Shown here one piece after another: positions 52,841 to 63,079 of a DNA stretch of 64,000 bases. Made by a program: the position numbers and the translations under genes. Source of the stretch: Candidatus Poribacteria bacterium (GTDB lineage: Bacteria; Poribacteria; WGA-4E; JAJDTR01); assembly GCA_965222225.1 (NCBI GenBank), contig CBDCTK010000002.1, positions 1,248,001 through 1,312,000 of the forward strand, in the 5' to 3' direction. Under the pieces are notes generated by a model, which had not been told where the DNA came from, made no database searches, and saw only the letters and a program-made list of their open reading frames with translations. Position 1 is the first letter of the stretch, and each line of letters starts with the position of its first letter.

Positions 52841-53846
52841 GGGATTTTTAATCGGTCTTGCCAACATAATTCCGGGTGTTAGTGGAGGTACATTTGCACT
52901 TATTCTTGGCATTTATGAACGCTTGATTAGGGCGCTGCACAACATCGGCGCGAAAACAGTGCAAAGATTATTGGCTGCCGTAACGTTGAAGAAGACGGCG
53001 ATATCTGATGCTGTGTTAGAGTTGCGTCGGATTGACTTTGGATTTCTAGCGCTTCTAGGAATCGGGGCAGCTATTGCCGTTGTTGCAACCTCTAAATTGA
53101 TGATTTATCTGCTCAATGAACAACACGATCCGACTTACGGTTTCTTCTCTGGGCTGATTTTGGCTTCGATCATCATTCCGGCCAAGTTGCTTAAGGGATT
53201 CGGTTGGAAAGAGTTGATGGCTCTCATAGCTGCTGCTATGCTGACCATCGGACTCTCAATGAGCGTGGGCGTGAAAAACCTCGATAAGCAAAAACACAAG
53301 GAAAGCCTTGAAGTAAAAGAATCTTCGGAACCTGTTCCAAATGAAGAGGTAGTTGTCAGCAGGTTTTCGGTCGGCAAACTGGCATACCTGTTTCTCTGTG
53401 GAGCGTTCGCCACCTCCGCAATGATTTTGCCTGGAATCAGCGGTGCATTCGTATTGCTCCTCTTCGGCTCCTATTTTGACATCCTTACAGCGATAAACAA
53501 TCGGGATCTGTTCGTGTTGTTGATTTTCGCTGCAGGTTGTGGCATTGGACTATTGGCGTTTACGCGCTTGCTAAACTACGTTTTCGAACACTTCTACGAT
53601 TTGACTATTTCGTTCCTAATAGGACTGATGGTTGGTTCGTTGTATGGACTTTGGCCCTTCCGTAATTATGAAATCGGCGGCGGCGAACGCATAGACCTAG
53701 CCCATATAATTCCGCAAGTAAACGTGAATTTGTTAATAACGGGTACGGCATTTCTCGTTGGGGTATTCTTTATTCTACTGTTGTCTCGGATGGAAAAAAG
53801 AAAACCGCACAAAGCAGATCTCGCACAGGAGTCCTTTCCAGTTTAA
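52815..53846 (+). CDS. DUF368 membrane protein (undecaprenyl-phosphate translocase family)
   Basis: IIPGVSGGTFALILGIYERL and AMILPGISG. Confidence 0.88.
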   Translation: MNYLNLIVKGFLIGLANIIPGVSGGTFALILGIYERLIRALHNIGAKTVQRLLAAVTLKKTAISDAVLELRRIDFGFLALLGIGAAIAVVATSKLMIYLLNEQHDPTYGFFSGLILASIIIPAKLLKGFGWKELMALIAAAMLTIGLSMSVGVKNLDKQKHKESLEVKESSEPVPNEEVVVSRFSVGKLAYLFLCGAFATSAMILPGISGAFVLLLFGSYFDILTAINNRDLFVLLIFAAGCGIGLLAFTRLLNYVFEHFYDLTISFLIGLMVGSLYGLWPFRNYEIGGGERIDLAHIIPQVNVNLLITGTAFLVGVFFILLLSRMEKRKPHKADLAQESFPV

Positions 53847-53927
53847 GAAGACTCAACCAACATTTCCGTATCGCTTAGTGATATCCCACATCAGGATTTA
53901 CCTGAAGGACCGGCATAAATATAGGTC

Positions 53928-54797
53928 ATGAAAACCGTCGGTTTTTTTGTCAATACCTCGAAATCTCAAGCCGCTCAAGTTGTCGTTGAGGCCTCCAAAT
54001 GGCTTCAGCGCCACGGAATTAAACCGCTCATTCCTGATGAACAGGCAATAACCCTCGGTATACCTCGCGGTGGGGTAGACGAAGACGAAGTCGTCGCGCA
54101 ATCGGACGTTTTGTTGGTACTCGGTGGGGATGGAACGCTTCTAAGTGTTGTACATATCTCTATGATCGAGAACGTGCCGATACTTGCCGTTAATCTCGGT
54201 CATCTTGGTTTCCTCACAGAGGTTTCGCTTGATGAGCTTTATCCTGCACTAACCAACATTTTAAGCGGAAGCTATGAGATTGATCAGCGAATGATGTTGG
54301 AAATCAGTGGCGGCAACGACGATTTGGAGCACTCGCGTTCCTTCGCGCTTAATGAGGTCGTCATCCGCCACAACACACGGCTCATCGAATTAGACACGTA
54401 TATTGATGAGGAACCGTTTATCACCTATAATGCCGACGGCTTAATCATCGCCACCCCCAGCGGTTCAACAGGATACTCGCTTGCTAGTGGTGGAACAATT
54501 GTTGAACCGCGTCTTGATGCAATCCTTCTTACACCGATTGCACCCCACTCGCTCACTGTACGGCCTTACATTGCACATGGCGATTCGGTGATTACAGTTG
54601 CCATGAAATCCAACTATAGCAGCGTCAATTTGTTCGTTGACGGGCCGCGTGAAACGCACTGCCTCGCTCCTGACTGTTTAATCCGCGTTCGCAAAGCAGA
54701 GAAAACCATTAAACTCATCCGTTCTCAACGTCGAAGCTACTACGAAGTCCTACGAACAAAACTCATGTTGGGAGAAGGTCGGAAGCGAAGCACATGA
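53928..54797 (+). CDS. nadK: NAD kinase
   Basis: GGDGT, NLGHLGFL, LNE, TPSGSTGYSLASGG. Confidence 0.96.
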   Translation: MKTVGFFVNTSKSQAAQVVVEASKWLQRHGIKPLIPDEQAITLGIPRGGVDEDEVVAQSDVLLVLGGDGTLLSVVHISMIENVPILAVNLGHLGFLTEVSLDELYPALTNILSGSYEIDQRMMLEISGGNDDLEHSRSFALNEVVIRHNTRLIELDTYIDEEPFITYNADGLIIATPSGSTGYSLASGGTIVEPRLDAILLTPIAPHSLTVRPYIAHGDSVITVAMKSNYSSVNLFVDGPRETHCLAPDCLIRVRKAEKTIKLIRSQRRSYYEVLRTKLMLGEGRKRST

Positions 54798-54867
54798 AAC
54801 GCCAATAGTTAAACCTAACAACCGGAAGTGGCAGGTTAGTGGTTGACATCGAAGCCCCGTCCGTCCC

Positions 54868-56577
54868 ATGATTGAAGAACTTTCTATCCGCAATGTTGCC
54901 CTCATTGATAAACTCCAATTGGAACTCGCTCCGGGTTTAAATGTGCTAACCGGCGAAACTGGAGCAGGCAAATCGGTTATTCTGCAGGCCGTAGGGTTGG
55001 CGCTAGGCGAGCGCGGAATAGCTAGTGTGGTACGCTCCGGCGAATCTAACGCAAAGGTCCAAATTACCGTCGCACTGCCTCCCAATCATCCCATGTGGCA
55101 ACGGCTTAGTGACTCCGAGTCGATTGACGAACTGGATGTGGCGGACCCCTTATTCCTATCTCGGCAGATTAGTGCAAGTGGACGAAGTCGTTGCTATGTC
55201 AACGAGCAGCCGGTGAACCTCCGACTTATGCGCGAAGTTGGCGACCTGCTGGTGGACATCCATGGTCAACACGATCACCAATCTCTCTTTCGCCCTGATG
55301 TCCACCTCGATCTACTTGACGCTTTCGGCGGGCTTGAAAAACAACGCGCGGAGTTAGGGCAGAAATATAATGAAATCCGAGATTTACAGCAGCAACTTCA
55401 TAGCCATTCTCAAATGTTGGAGCAGAGCCAACGTGAAAAAGAATTGTTGGAATTCCAGAGTAAAGAACTCGACGAGGCGGAACTCCAAGAAGATGAAGAA
55501 GAATCCCTTGACGACGAACGCCGCATCCTCGGTAATGCGGAAAATCTCTTTGAAGCTGCTAGCCTCGTTTATGAACAACTCTACGGCGGGAGTCAACCCG
55601 ACTCAGCTATTCTGGACCTTCTGAGGAACGTGAGTGGTACCATCTCCAAACTGGGGGAGATGGACACGCGCTTGAAAGAATTGAGCGAACGCTTGGAATC
55701 TGCATTGTATGAGTTAGAAGATATCGCTCACCAGGCACGCAATTATCGCGATTCTATTGAATTCAATCCATATCGCCTCTCTGAAATTGAAGATCGCTTA
55801 AATTTGATTTATCAACTCAAGCGGAAATATGGACAGTCTATCCCGGAGCTACTGGTTTATCAGGCGGAAGTTGAAAAACAGTTGAAAGATTTACAATCTG
55901 GCTCTGAGTATACCGAAGAACTAACGGCGGATCTTTCCACTGCGATAAGTGAAGCACAGGAACTTGCTATTAATCTATCGGACAAACGCAAGACTGTCGC
56001 TTCTGAATTGCAAGCTCTCGTAGAAAGGGAACTTCACACACTTGGGATGGAAAAAGCCGTTTTCCGGGTTCTTGTGCAACCGATGCTCTCCCCAAATGGT
56101 ATTTTGCTAGTTGGCAACAACCGATTTGAACTAAGATTACACGGTATGGACACAGTTGAATTTCTAATCTCACCCAACGTGGGATCCGAACCCCAGCCGT
56201 TGGCAAATATTGCGTCGGGTGGAGAGATATCCCGTGCCATGCTTGCCTTGAAAACCATTCTTGCGCGAATCGACAATATCCCAACCATGATTTATGACGA
56301 AATTGATGTAGGAATCGGGGGACAGACTGCAGATGTGGTTGGCGGCAAATTGAAAGAGCTGGCGAATTTTCGTCAAGTCATCTGTATTACCCATTTGCCG
56401 CAGATTGCGTGTTTAGCTGATCGGCACTTCCGTGTCGAAAAACACGTTAAAGAAAATCAAACGTTTATCACTGCCAAACAGTTAACGACCGAAGATCGGG
56501 TGGAAGAAATTGCCCGGATGCATGGTGGGAAGTTGACAGACGCTGCATTTGCACGCGCACGGGAGCTATTGAGATAA
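54868..56577 (+). CDS. recN: DNA repair protein RecN
   Basis: TGETGAGKS, IHGQH, ASGGEISR, DEIDVG, ITHLPQIA. Confidence 0.97.
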   Translation: MIEELSIRNVALIDKLQLELAPGLNVLTGETGAGKSVILQAVGLALGERGIASVVRSGESNAKVQITVALPPNHPMWQRLSDSESIDELDVADPLFLSRQISASGRSRCYVNEQPVNLRLMREVGDLLVDIHGQHDHQSLFRPDVHLDLLDAFGGLEKQRAELGQKYNEIRDLQQQLHSHSQMLEQSQREKELLEFQSKELDEAELQEDEEESLDDERRILGNAENLFEAASLVYEQLYGGSQPDSAILDLLRNVSGTISKLGEMDTRLKELSERLESALYELEDIAHQARNYRDSIEFNPYRLSEIEDRLNLIYQLKRKYGQSIPELLVYQAEVEKQLKDLQSGSEYTEELTADLSTAISEAQELAINLSDKRKTVASELQALVERELHTLGMEKAVFRVLVQPMLSPNGILLVGNNRFELRLHGMDTVEFLISPNVGSEPQPLANIASGGEISRAMLALKTILARIDNIPTMIYDEIDVGIGGQTADVVGGKLKELANFRQVICITHLPQIACLADRHFRVEKHVKENQTFITAKQLTTEDRVEEIARMHGGKLTDAAFARARELLR

Positions 56578-56634
56578 TTCAGAAATTGACTTAGGTAGTC
56601 GTTAATTCAATAAAATGAAGATAAGACAGATGTC

Positions 56635-59600
56635 ATGGATGCGCGTTTAATACAAGCCAGTGGCGCCAATGTTTATACAGGTTGTGAACTCTTGGTCAAG
56701 GGAACACTTGAAAGCAACGTCAGCCTGATAACAGGGTATCCCGGCTCACCCATTGCGGAGGTATTCGATCTTCTTGAGCGCAACGCCAGCCTGTTCCGAG
56801 AGAATGGCATTGTTGCTCAAATGGCGAACAATGAAGCGCTGAGCGTTGCCCGACTCAATGGGGCGCAGATGGCAAATCTGCGGGCTGTTGCATTCATGAA
56901 GAGTGTTGGTTTTCATGTAGCGTCCGATGCACTTGCTATTAGCAATCTGGCTGGGACTACCGGCGGGGCAGTCGTTGTTGTTGGCGATGATCCGGGGTCT
57001 GGAAGCACGCAAGTACCAGCGGATTCACGGTACTTGGCCCGCCACGTCTATACTCCTCTTGTGGAACCCAGCACATTTCAGGAAATCAAGGATTGGCTGA
57101 GCGCCGCTTTCGAAATTTCGGTCGAATCGAACCTTTTTGTGACATACTTGGTCACCGTCAATCAGGCAGACGGAGGAGGAGATGTCCTGCTTAGTCCGAA
57201 TCGTTACCCCGAGATTAACGCGAAGACTAAACTGACGCTCGATACAAATCTGATTGATCCATCAAATCGAGTCGTCTTACCGCCGGATTCGGCTAGGATT
57301 GGTGTCGAAACTCTGAAAGAGCGTTTGCCTAACGCCATCAAGTCCGCAAGGAAACATAAACTCAATCAGATTTACTACGCACACGACTCCATCCATGAAT
57401 TTGGATTTGTGTCCTCTGGAGTAGCCTTCACCTATCTTCAGCACGCACTAAATGAACTGGGACTCCAAGGTAAAATCCCAATCCTCAAATTTGGTTTGAC
57501 TCACCCAATCGATGACGAAATTGTACGCGAGTTTGCGATGCATGTTCGTGAAATCTGTGTCATTGAAGAAAATCGTCCACTCTTGGAAAACGAGGTTAAA
57601 GCCAGTCTTAGCCAGCTTTATCAAAATGGTGAAATCGACCGGTTTGTGCAGGTCTGGGGAAAGCAATTTCCCGATGGATTAGAAGGAATCCCCGACATGG
57701 GTGGACTCAATCCATCGGTTATCATGCAGATGCTTATTCCCCTCCTTCGAACAAGATATTTGACGAAGTTGAAGATGGATGACGGCAGACTGCTTCAGGA
57801 GGAAGAGCGGATAAAACAAGCCAATTCGCACCAAGTCGACATTCCTGGAAGAACGCCTACATTTTGCCCGGGCTGTCCGCATCGCGACTCTGCAAGTGTT
57901 TTTCTGGATGTCGTTAAGCAGTTCATGGACGCCGAATACATGAAGAAGCACTACAATTCACCACCAATCGATCTCGTTTTTCACGGAGATATCGGTTGTT
58001 ATTCCATGTTGAAGTTCGATCCCTACCCACGACTGATGCACAATCTGTCTGCAATGGCTCTAGGAGGAGGTACTGGCGCGGGAATCGACCCGTTCATCAC
58101 GAATAAACAAATTGCATTCATGGGCGATTCAACCTTCTTTCATGGCGGTATGTCGGCAATCTCGGATTCAATCAAAAATGGTCAAGATATCGCCTATGTA
58201 ATCTTGGACAATCAAACCACTGCGATGACAGGGCATCAGCCCACCCCCTCTACCGGAGAGGACATTCTGGGCAATCCGACATTCGCGCAAGACATCGAAA
58301 AAGTGACCCGCGGTCTTGTTGCCGAGTCTGATGCACTAATCGTCCGTATCGACCCTGAGAATCGATTTGAATACAAGAAATTGCTTGAGGAATCCATTCT
58401 CAAACCGGGAGTCAAGATTATCATTGCCGACAAAGAGTGTGGAATTACCTACCATCGGCGAGTGCGACGTGAACAACAGCAAACCCTAACGGAACACGGT
58501 TTCCTGAAGACTGAAAAGCACATCAATATTACAGAGGAAGTTTGCGAATTTTGCCTAGAGTGCACAAAAGCAACGGGATGCCCGGGTCTGCAAACCGTTG
58601 AAACGGAATATGGACCCAAGATTGGCATAGACCAGTCCAACTGTGTATCCGATGGCGCCTGCGCGAGAATTAAGTGGGCTTGCCCATCTTTTGAGGAAGT
58701 AACCATTACCCGTAAACATACGCCGCAGAAGTCTAGAGAATCCGGCCTGATTCAGATAGGCGAGACTGATATGGCTATGCAGCATCTCCCGCCGCCAAGG
58801 CTCACCAGTTTTGATAATACATGGAGTGCCTATGCTGCTGGCGTCGGCGGCATGGGAATCGGCACAATCTCCAAGATTCTGGTAGTTGCCGGGCACATCC
58901 AGGGATATCATGTTCAATTCTGCGACAAGAAAGGACTCGCAATCAGGAATGGAGGCGTTTATACCCATGTAATTTATTCAAAGACCGACAACCACATTTC
59001 GCCCCTCATTCCGTATGGAAAAGCAGACCTGTTACTTGGACTGGACATTCTGGAAGCTGTACGCGGTATTGATCCAAAAGCCGGATTCAGCGTCGCCTCT
59101 CCAGACCAAACAGCGGCAATTGTTAATACGGCGAAAACCGAAACCGTCAGGTCGTTAATAGGGAAGGATGGTTTTGAAGTTGCCAATCTTGAGGAATGGC
59201 TGCGATTGTACACCAAAACGGACGAATATGTCGGTGCAAATCTTTTCGATGTCGCCGAGAAACACTTGGGCAGCAAACTTTACGCGAACATTATGCTGCT
59301 CGGTGTGGCGTTTCAACGTGCGTTAATACCGCTTGAACTCGGCACGCTACAATTGGCGTTGAAACAAATGGTGAAACCAAGCGACTTGGAATCCAATCTT
59401 CGTGCTTTTGAAATTGGTCGTTGGCTCGCTGTTCATCCTGCCGCCTTCGTCGAAACACTCGAAAAGAAACCTTACAAGCACACTGTTAACGATAAGAGTC
59501 GAGTCCTAGCGAAACGGTGGCGAGGTAGAAGCATCGCGCGTGACTATTCAGCGTTAGTCCAATCAGCTGTGGATACGATGCAGTTGGATGACGAGACTAA

Positions 59601-60198
59601 TCGTGGGCTGGCTATGCGTGTATACGACCTAATTCAGTTCGAAAATCTGAAGTATGCCCGTCTATATGTTGAAAAAATCCGACGCGTTTACGGCAAAGAT
59701 TCTAGCGACCAAAATTACCGAGCTACTAAAGCTGCCATTAAATATCTGCACAAGGTCATGCTTATAAAGGATGAGATTTATGTATCGCATCTGCTAACAA
59801 GTCAAGAGAAACTCCAACGAGATAAAGAACGTTATGGTATTGACGAATCCAATGGTGACAGGATTAAATATGTTCACCTCAACCGCCCACACGTTAGAAT
59901 CATGGGGATTGACCTTGAAGGCGAGATAAGTACACGCAACTGGCAACTGAGTTTGATGAAACGGATGAAGTTCCTTCGGCGTTGGCTTTCGCAGTGGCAT
60001 GCCATTGAAAAGTCTTTCCGAGACTGGTATGTTTCTGAGGTGGTCGATACTTTCGCACCGGCGGATACGGAAAGTTACGAAAAGCATGTAAACGCCCTAG
60101 AAACTCCCGAGGAGGTCCGTGGTTATCGAGAAGTACGTTACCCAAAAATGGAAGTCGCCAAAGAAAAGGTTGAAAAATTGATAGGTAATAGAAATTAG
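56635..60198 (+). CDS. Fused indolepyruvate:ferredoxin oxidoreductase (alpha, ferredoxin, beta, C-terminal domain)
   Basis: GYPGSP, FCPGCPH, GDSTFFH, TAMTGHQP, Cys clusters, GVGGMG, KDEIYV. Confidence 0.88.
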   Translation: MDARLIQASGANVYTGCELLVKGTLESNVSLITGYPGSPIAEVFDLLERNASLFRENGIVAQMANNEALSVARLNGAQMANLRAVAFMKSVGFHVASDALAISNLAGTTGGAVVVVGDDPGSGSTQVPADSRYLARHVYTPLVEPSTFQEIKDWLSAAFEISVESNLFVTYLVTVNQADGGGDVLLSPNRYPEINAKTKLTLDTNLIDPSNRVVLPPDSARIGVETLKERLPNAIKSARKHKLNQIYYAHDSIHEFGFVSSGVAFTYLQHALNELGLQGKIPILKFGLTHPIDDEIVREFAMHVREICVIEENRPLLENEVKASLSQLYQNGEIDRFVQVWGKQFPDGLEGIPDMGGLNPSVIMQMLIPLLRTRYLTKLKMDDGRLLQEEERIKQANSHQVDIPGRTPTFCPGCPHRDSASVFLDVVKQFMDAEYMKKHYNSPPIDLVFHGDIGCYSMLKFDPYPRLMHNLSAMALGGGTGAGIDPFITNKQIAFMGDSTFFHGGMSAISDSIKNGQDIAYVILDNQTTAMTGHQPTPSTGEDILGNPTFAQDIEKVTRGLVAESDALIVRIDPENRFEYKKLLEESILKPGVKIIIADKECGITYHRRVRREQQQTLTEHGFLKTEKHINITEEVCEFCLECTKATGCPGLQTVETEYGPKIGIDQSNCVSDGACARIKWACPSFEEVTITRKHTPQKSRESGLIQIGETDMAMQHLPPPRLTSFDNTWSAYAAGVGGMGIGTISKILVVAGHIQGYHVQFCDKKGLAIRNGGVYTHVIYSKTDNHISPLIPYGKADLLLGLDILEAVRGIDPKAGFSVASPDQTAAIVNTAKTETVRSLIGKDGFEVANLEEWLRLYTKTDEYVGANLFDVAEKHLGSKLYANIMLLGVAFQRALIPLELGTLQLALKQMVKPSDLESNLRAFEIGRWLAVHPAAFVETLEKKPYKHTVNDKSRVLAKRWRGRSIARDYSALVQSAVDTMQLDDETNRGLAMRVYDLIQFENLKYARLYVEKIRRVYGKDSSDQNYRATKAAIKYLHKVMLIKDEIYVSHLLTSQEKLQRDKERYGIDESNGDRIKYVHLNRPHVRIMGIDLEGEISTRNWQLSLMKRMKFLRRWLSQWHAIEKSFRDWYVSEVVDTFAPADTESYEKHVNALETPEEVRGYREVRYPKMEVAKEKVEKLIGNRN

Positions 60199-60236
60199 GT
60201 TTTGCTGATGTTTTACGTAGCCTTAGTCCTGTTCTG

Positions 60237-61094
60237 ATGATGCAAATCACGGGAAAGACAAAGATTGTTGGGGTAATTGGGGATCCCGTTGAACACAGCC
60301 ACTCTCCACAAATGCACAATGCTGCCTTTGTAGAGTTGGGTTTGAATTACGTTTACGTTCCATTCCACATACAACCAGACGCCTTACCCGCAGCTATTGA
60401 AGGGTTTAAGGCAATCAACGTGGTTGGGCTTAATGTAACCATTCCGCACAAACAAGCTGTCATCCCATTTTTAGATGAAATCTCGCGCGAAGTTGAGCTA
60501 ATTGGCGCTGTTAACACACTGACGTTTGAGAATGGTCGAATCAAGGGTGACAACACGGATGGCTTGGGATTCTTGGAAGGGATGCGAGAAACCGGGCTGG
60601 AATTACGTCAAGGCGAGTCCGCTCTTGTGATTGGCGCTGGCGGATCCGCACGGGCGGTTATTGTAGCATTAACTTCAATTGGACTTGAAACCATTTTCGT
60701 CGCCAATCGCACTACATCGAAAGCCATTAAACTTGCTGAAGGTCTTTCTGATACGATTGGCACACCGATTCATGGAATTGGACTTGACAATCCACAACTG
60801 GCAGATATAGTTAACAGCGTCGCATTAGTGGTCAACACGGCGTCGGTCGGTATGGATATATCAAAGCCTCCATTGATTAACGCCGAATGGCTGCGACCTC
60901 AAACTGCTGTCTACGATATTGTATATACGCCCCCGGAGACCCGTCTATTATTAGCGGCTGCCGAACGAGGGTGCCACACAATTCAGGGACTCGGCATGCT
61001 TGTTTATCAAGGAGCAATTGCATTTGAGAAATGGACGAAAGTATCGCCACCCGTTAAAACGATGAAACAAATACTTCAACAAGCGTTGCATTGA
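60237..61094 (+). CDS. aroE: Shikimate dehydrogenase
   Basis: HSHSPQMHN, NVTIPHK, GAVNT, NTDG, GAGGSA. Confidence 0.96.
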   Translation: MMQITGKTKIVGVIGDPVEHSHSPQMHNAAFVELGLNYVYVPFHIQPDALPAAIEGFKAINVVGLNVTIPHKQAVIPFLDEISREVELIGAVNTLTFENGRIKGDNTDGLGFLEGMRETGLELRQGESALVIGAGGSARAVIVALTSIGLETIFVANRTTSKAIKLAEGLSDTIGTPIHGIGLDNPQLADIVNSVALVVNTASVGMDISKPPLINAEWLRPQTAVYDIVYTPPETRLLLAAAERGCHTIQGLGMLVYQGAIAFEKWTKVSPPVKTMKQILQQALH

Positions 61095-61198
61095 AAGAAC
61101 GCTAGGTTGTGACGGGAACACGGAATTAAATTGCGGAAATATTCGCCATTTCTTGATGCTGCCTCCGCGAGGTTTGTAACATCTCCAGAAGGTGATTT

Positions 61199-61474
61199 AT
61201 GGACTCTGAAGAACTTGAAACAGTAAAAGTTGATATCTTTAATAATCAGTACGCTATAAAACCTACTGATAATTTGAGTGAAGATGATATTCGTGTTTTG
61301 GCGAGTTATGTCGACAAACTGATGCGTCAGGTTAGTCGAAAGGGATACGATCAACTGAGTGTAGCAATTCTTGTTGCCCTGAACTTGGCTGAACAGATGT
61401 ATAAAGAACAGAAAAACTTTTCGGATTTCCTTCACGGTTTGATTCAAGGCATAGATGAAGTTGTAAAGCGATAG
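61199..61474 (+). CDS. zapA: Cell division protein ZapA
   Basis: VKVDIFNNQY, LASYVDKLM, AILVALNLA. Confidence 0.85.
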   Translation: MDSEELETVKVDIFNNQYAIKPTDNLSEDDIRVLASYVDKLMRQVSRKGYDQLSVAILVALNLAEQMYKEQKNFSDFLHGLIQGIDEVVKR

Positions 61475-61482
61475 GATAATCT

Positions 61483-61585
61483 ATCAAACTGCGAGGCTGT
61501 TTAGAAAAGCCATCGACCACGTCTTGGGCATGCAACGGGTACAGTCAAATCCCGCTTGTTTCACGCCCACCGAATCTTATATAAG
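61483..61585 (+). ncRNA. Possible 6S RNA (partial or uncertain)
   Basis: Directly after zapA; hairpin TGGGC(61525)...GCCCA(61569); no covariance test possible. Confidence 0.3.
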
Positions 61586-61692
61586 CTCTAATATCCCTTT
61601 TCGGGGCATAGACTGCAACCACGGATGGGCTGGGCGGGCTACGTCAGTTATTTGACTTTCAGTCCCCTTTTCATCGGGGCATAGGCTGCAAC
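61586..61692 (-). CRISPR. CRISPR mini-array: 37-nt repeat, 36-nt spacer, degenerate repeat
   Basis: Repeat GTTGCAGCCTATGCCCCGATGAAAAGGGGACTGAAAG (61692-61656), hairpin plus 8-nt tag; degenerate copy 61619-61586. Confidence 0.8.
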
Positions 61693-61832
61693 CGACCTAA
61701 GATCGCTTGGCATCTACATTCCGTGATTTGCCTCTGAAACAGAATATCTTCATTTGTCTCGTTTCAACTCCCATTTCAGGCATTTCTTTCGCAAATAGAG
61801 GGGGGTTTTCCGCAGAAACTCAATTTGCGAAA
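61693..61832 (-). promoter_or_regulatory. CRISPR leader copy 1
   Basis: Abuts repeat; near-identical to 62446-62584; 10-bp inverted repeat TTTCGCAAAT/ATTTGCGAAA. Confidence 0.7.
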
Positions 61833-61881
61833 CCGCTCCCGAACATGAGTGCCACCAATATGATAACAAAGATAATTAACG

Positions 61882-62397
61882 CTATTGTCCCGACTGAAGT
61901 TCCTGCCGAGAGATTGCCTTCCATCTATGTGCCAAAATACTTAGAAATTCATCGGCTTCGCTTTCTAACTGGGAAGATTTAGGCATCATATTCACCGGAT
62001 TTAGCGATTCCTGACGTGGCAAAAAGTGTTTTTCTATCGCAAAGTGAGCTTTGACGTTATAACCCTTATTATCACGGCACTTCACGACACTAGCGATGTC
62101 GTGTATGTTAAAACGCACAGTTGTGATGCCACAATATCCATCGTTGTGTTCTGGTTTAGGCGGATTTTTAGTATCGAGTTTACTTAACTGCATTTTAGCG
62201 AATGGTTCCATACAGGGGCCTCTCAAGATGACGACATGTCCATCTTCGGTTACATCGTCGCCTAAAGTTTCGCTTAAACGTTGATAATTGCCCGGAAAGT
62301 CTGCGACAATTCGATAACCGACTTCGTATGGCTCAACTTTAATGTGTGGTGCGTATATTAGATTGATTATCGCGCGACTTTCGATGAAAAAAAACAT
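61882..62397 (-). CDS. Hypothetical protein (171 aa) directly downstream of a solitary CRISPR repeat
   Basis: Long open frame; ATG 62397 preceded by GGAAGGG from the repeat 3' end. Confidence 0.6.
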   Translation of the reverse strand: MFFFIESRAIINLIYAPHIKVEPYEVGYRIVADFPGNYQRLSETLGDDVTEDGHVVILRGPCMEPFAKMQLSKLDTKNPPKPEHNDGYCGITTVRFNIHDIASVVKCRDNKGYNVKAHFAIEKHFLPRQESLNPVNMMPKSSQLESEADEFLSILAHRWKAISRQELQSGQ

Positions 62398-62408
62398 GAT
62401 TGTATTTC

Positions 62409-62445
62409 CCTTCCGACCCCTTTTCATCGGGGCATAGACTGCAAC
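62409..62445 (-). CRISPR. Solitary CRISPR repeat variant
   Basis: GTTGCAGTCTATGCCCCGATGAAAAGGGGTCGGAAGG, 33/37 identical to the 61656-61692 repeat. Confidence 0.8.
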
Positions 62446-62584
62446 CGACCTAAGATCGCTTGGCGTCTACATTCAGTGATTTGACTCTGAAACAGAATAT
62501 CTTCATTTGTCTCGTTTCAACTCCCATTTCAGGCATTTCTTTCGCAAATAGACGGGGGTTTTCCGCAACACATCAATTTGCGAA
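62446..62584 (-). promoter_or_regulatory. CRISPR leader copy 2
   Basis: Duplicate of 61693-61831 at offset 753. Confidence 0.7.
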
Positions 62585-62595
62585 TTCTACTGAAG

Positions 62596-62934
62596 CTATT
62601 CGTTGGATTCATCTGATTGCCCATCAGCCCGGTCATCAATTCTTGACATGTGGTCGAGAAAGGCTTGTATTTTCTGGTGCTGTGCATTGATTGCTTCAAT
62701 TGACGATTTCATGTCTTCACAAATGTTTTGAAGAACATCTATGCCTTGTGTGCCCTGAAGGATTAGCTCGTAACTATAATCAGCCCATTCTTGGCGTTGA
62801 TTCCAAGCTCCTCGACATATAGCCATCCGTGAATCAAATGCTAGGGGAAGTACCAAAGTGTTGATATTGTCAAGCCGAACACCGGCTGAAACACAAAGGG
62901 CATCCTTGATTGAACTGTTCTGCTTGAGTACCAT
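62596..62934 (-). CDS. Hypothetical protein (112 aa)
   Basis: ATG-initiated ORF with C-terminal coiled-coil character; no recognisable motif. Confidence 0.45.
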   Translation of the reverse strand: MVLKQNSSIKDALCVSAGVRLDNINTLVLPLAFDSRMAICRGAWNQRQEWADYSYELILQGTQGIDVLQNICEDMKSSIEAINAQHQKIQAFLDHMSRIDDRADGQSDESNE

Positions 62935-63079
62935 ATCGACGACATTTTTACATTCATTTACGGAATTAGTAGCTTGTAGCTTTTAGACTGACGACAAACA
63001 TAAAACTTGGTACCCTGTCGTAAATCTTTTCGTCACACGTAGATGTCCATAGTGACTATTCTTCTCGTAGGAGTTTGCT

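Noticed and set aside
60554-60568. 13/15 match of the spacer to aroE
   Set aside because: Short, at the distal end of the crRNA, plausible by chance
61707-61982. Paired ORFs MASTF.. (also 62460-62690)
   Set aside because: Translations of the duplicated leader, not proteins
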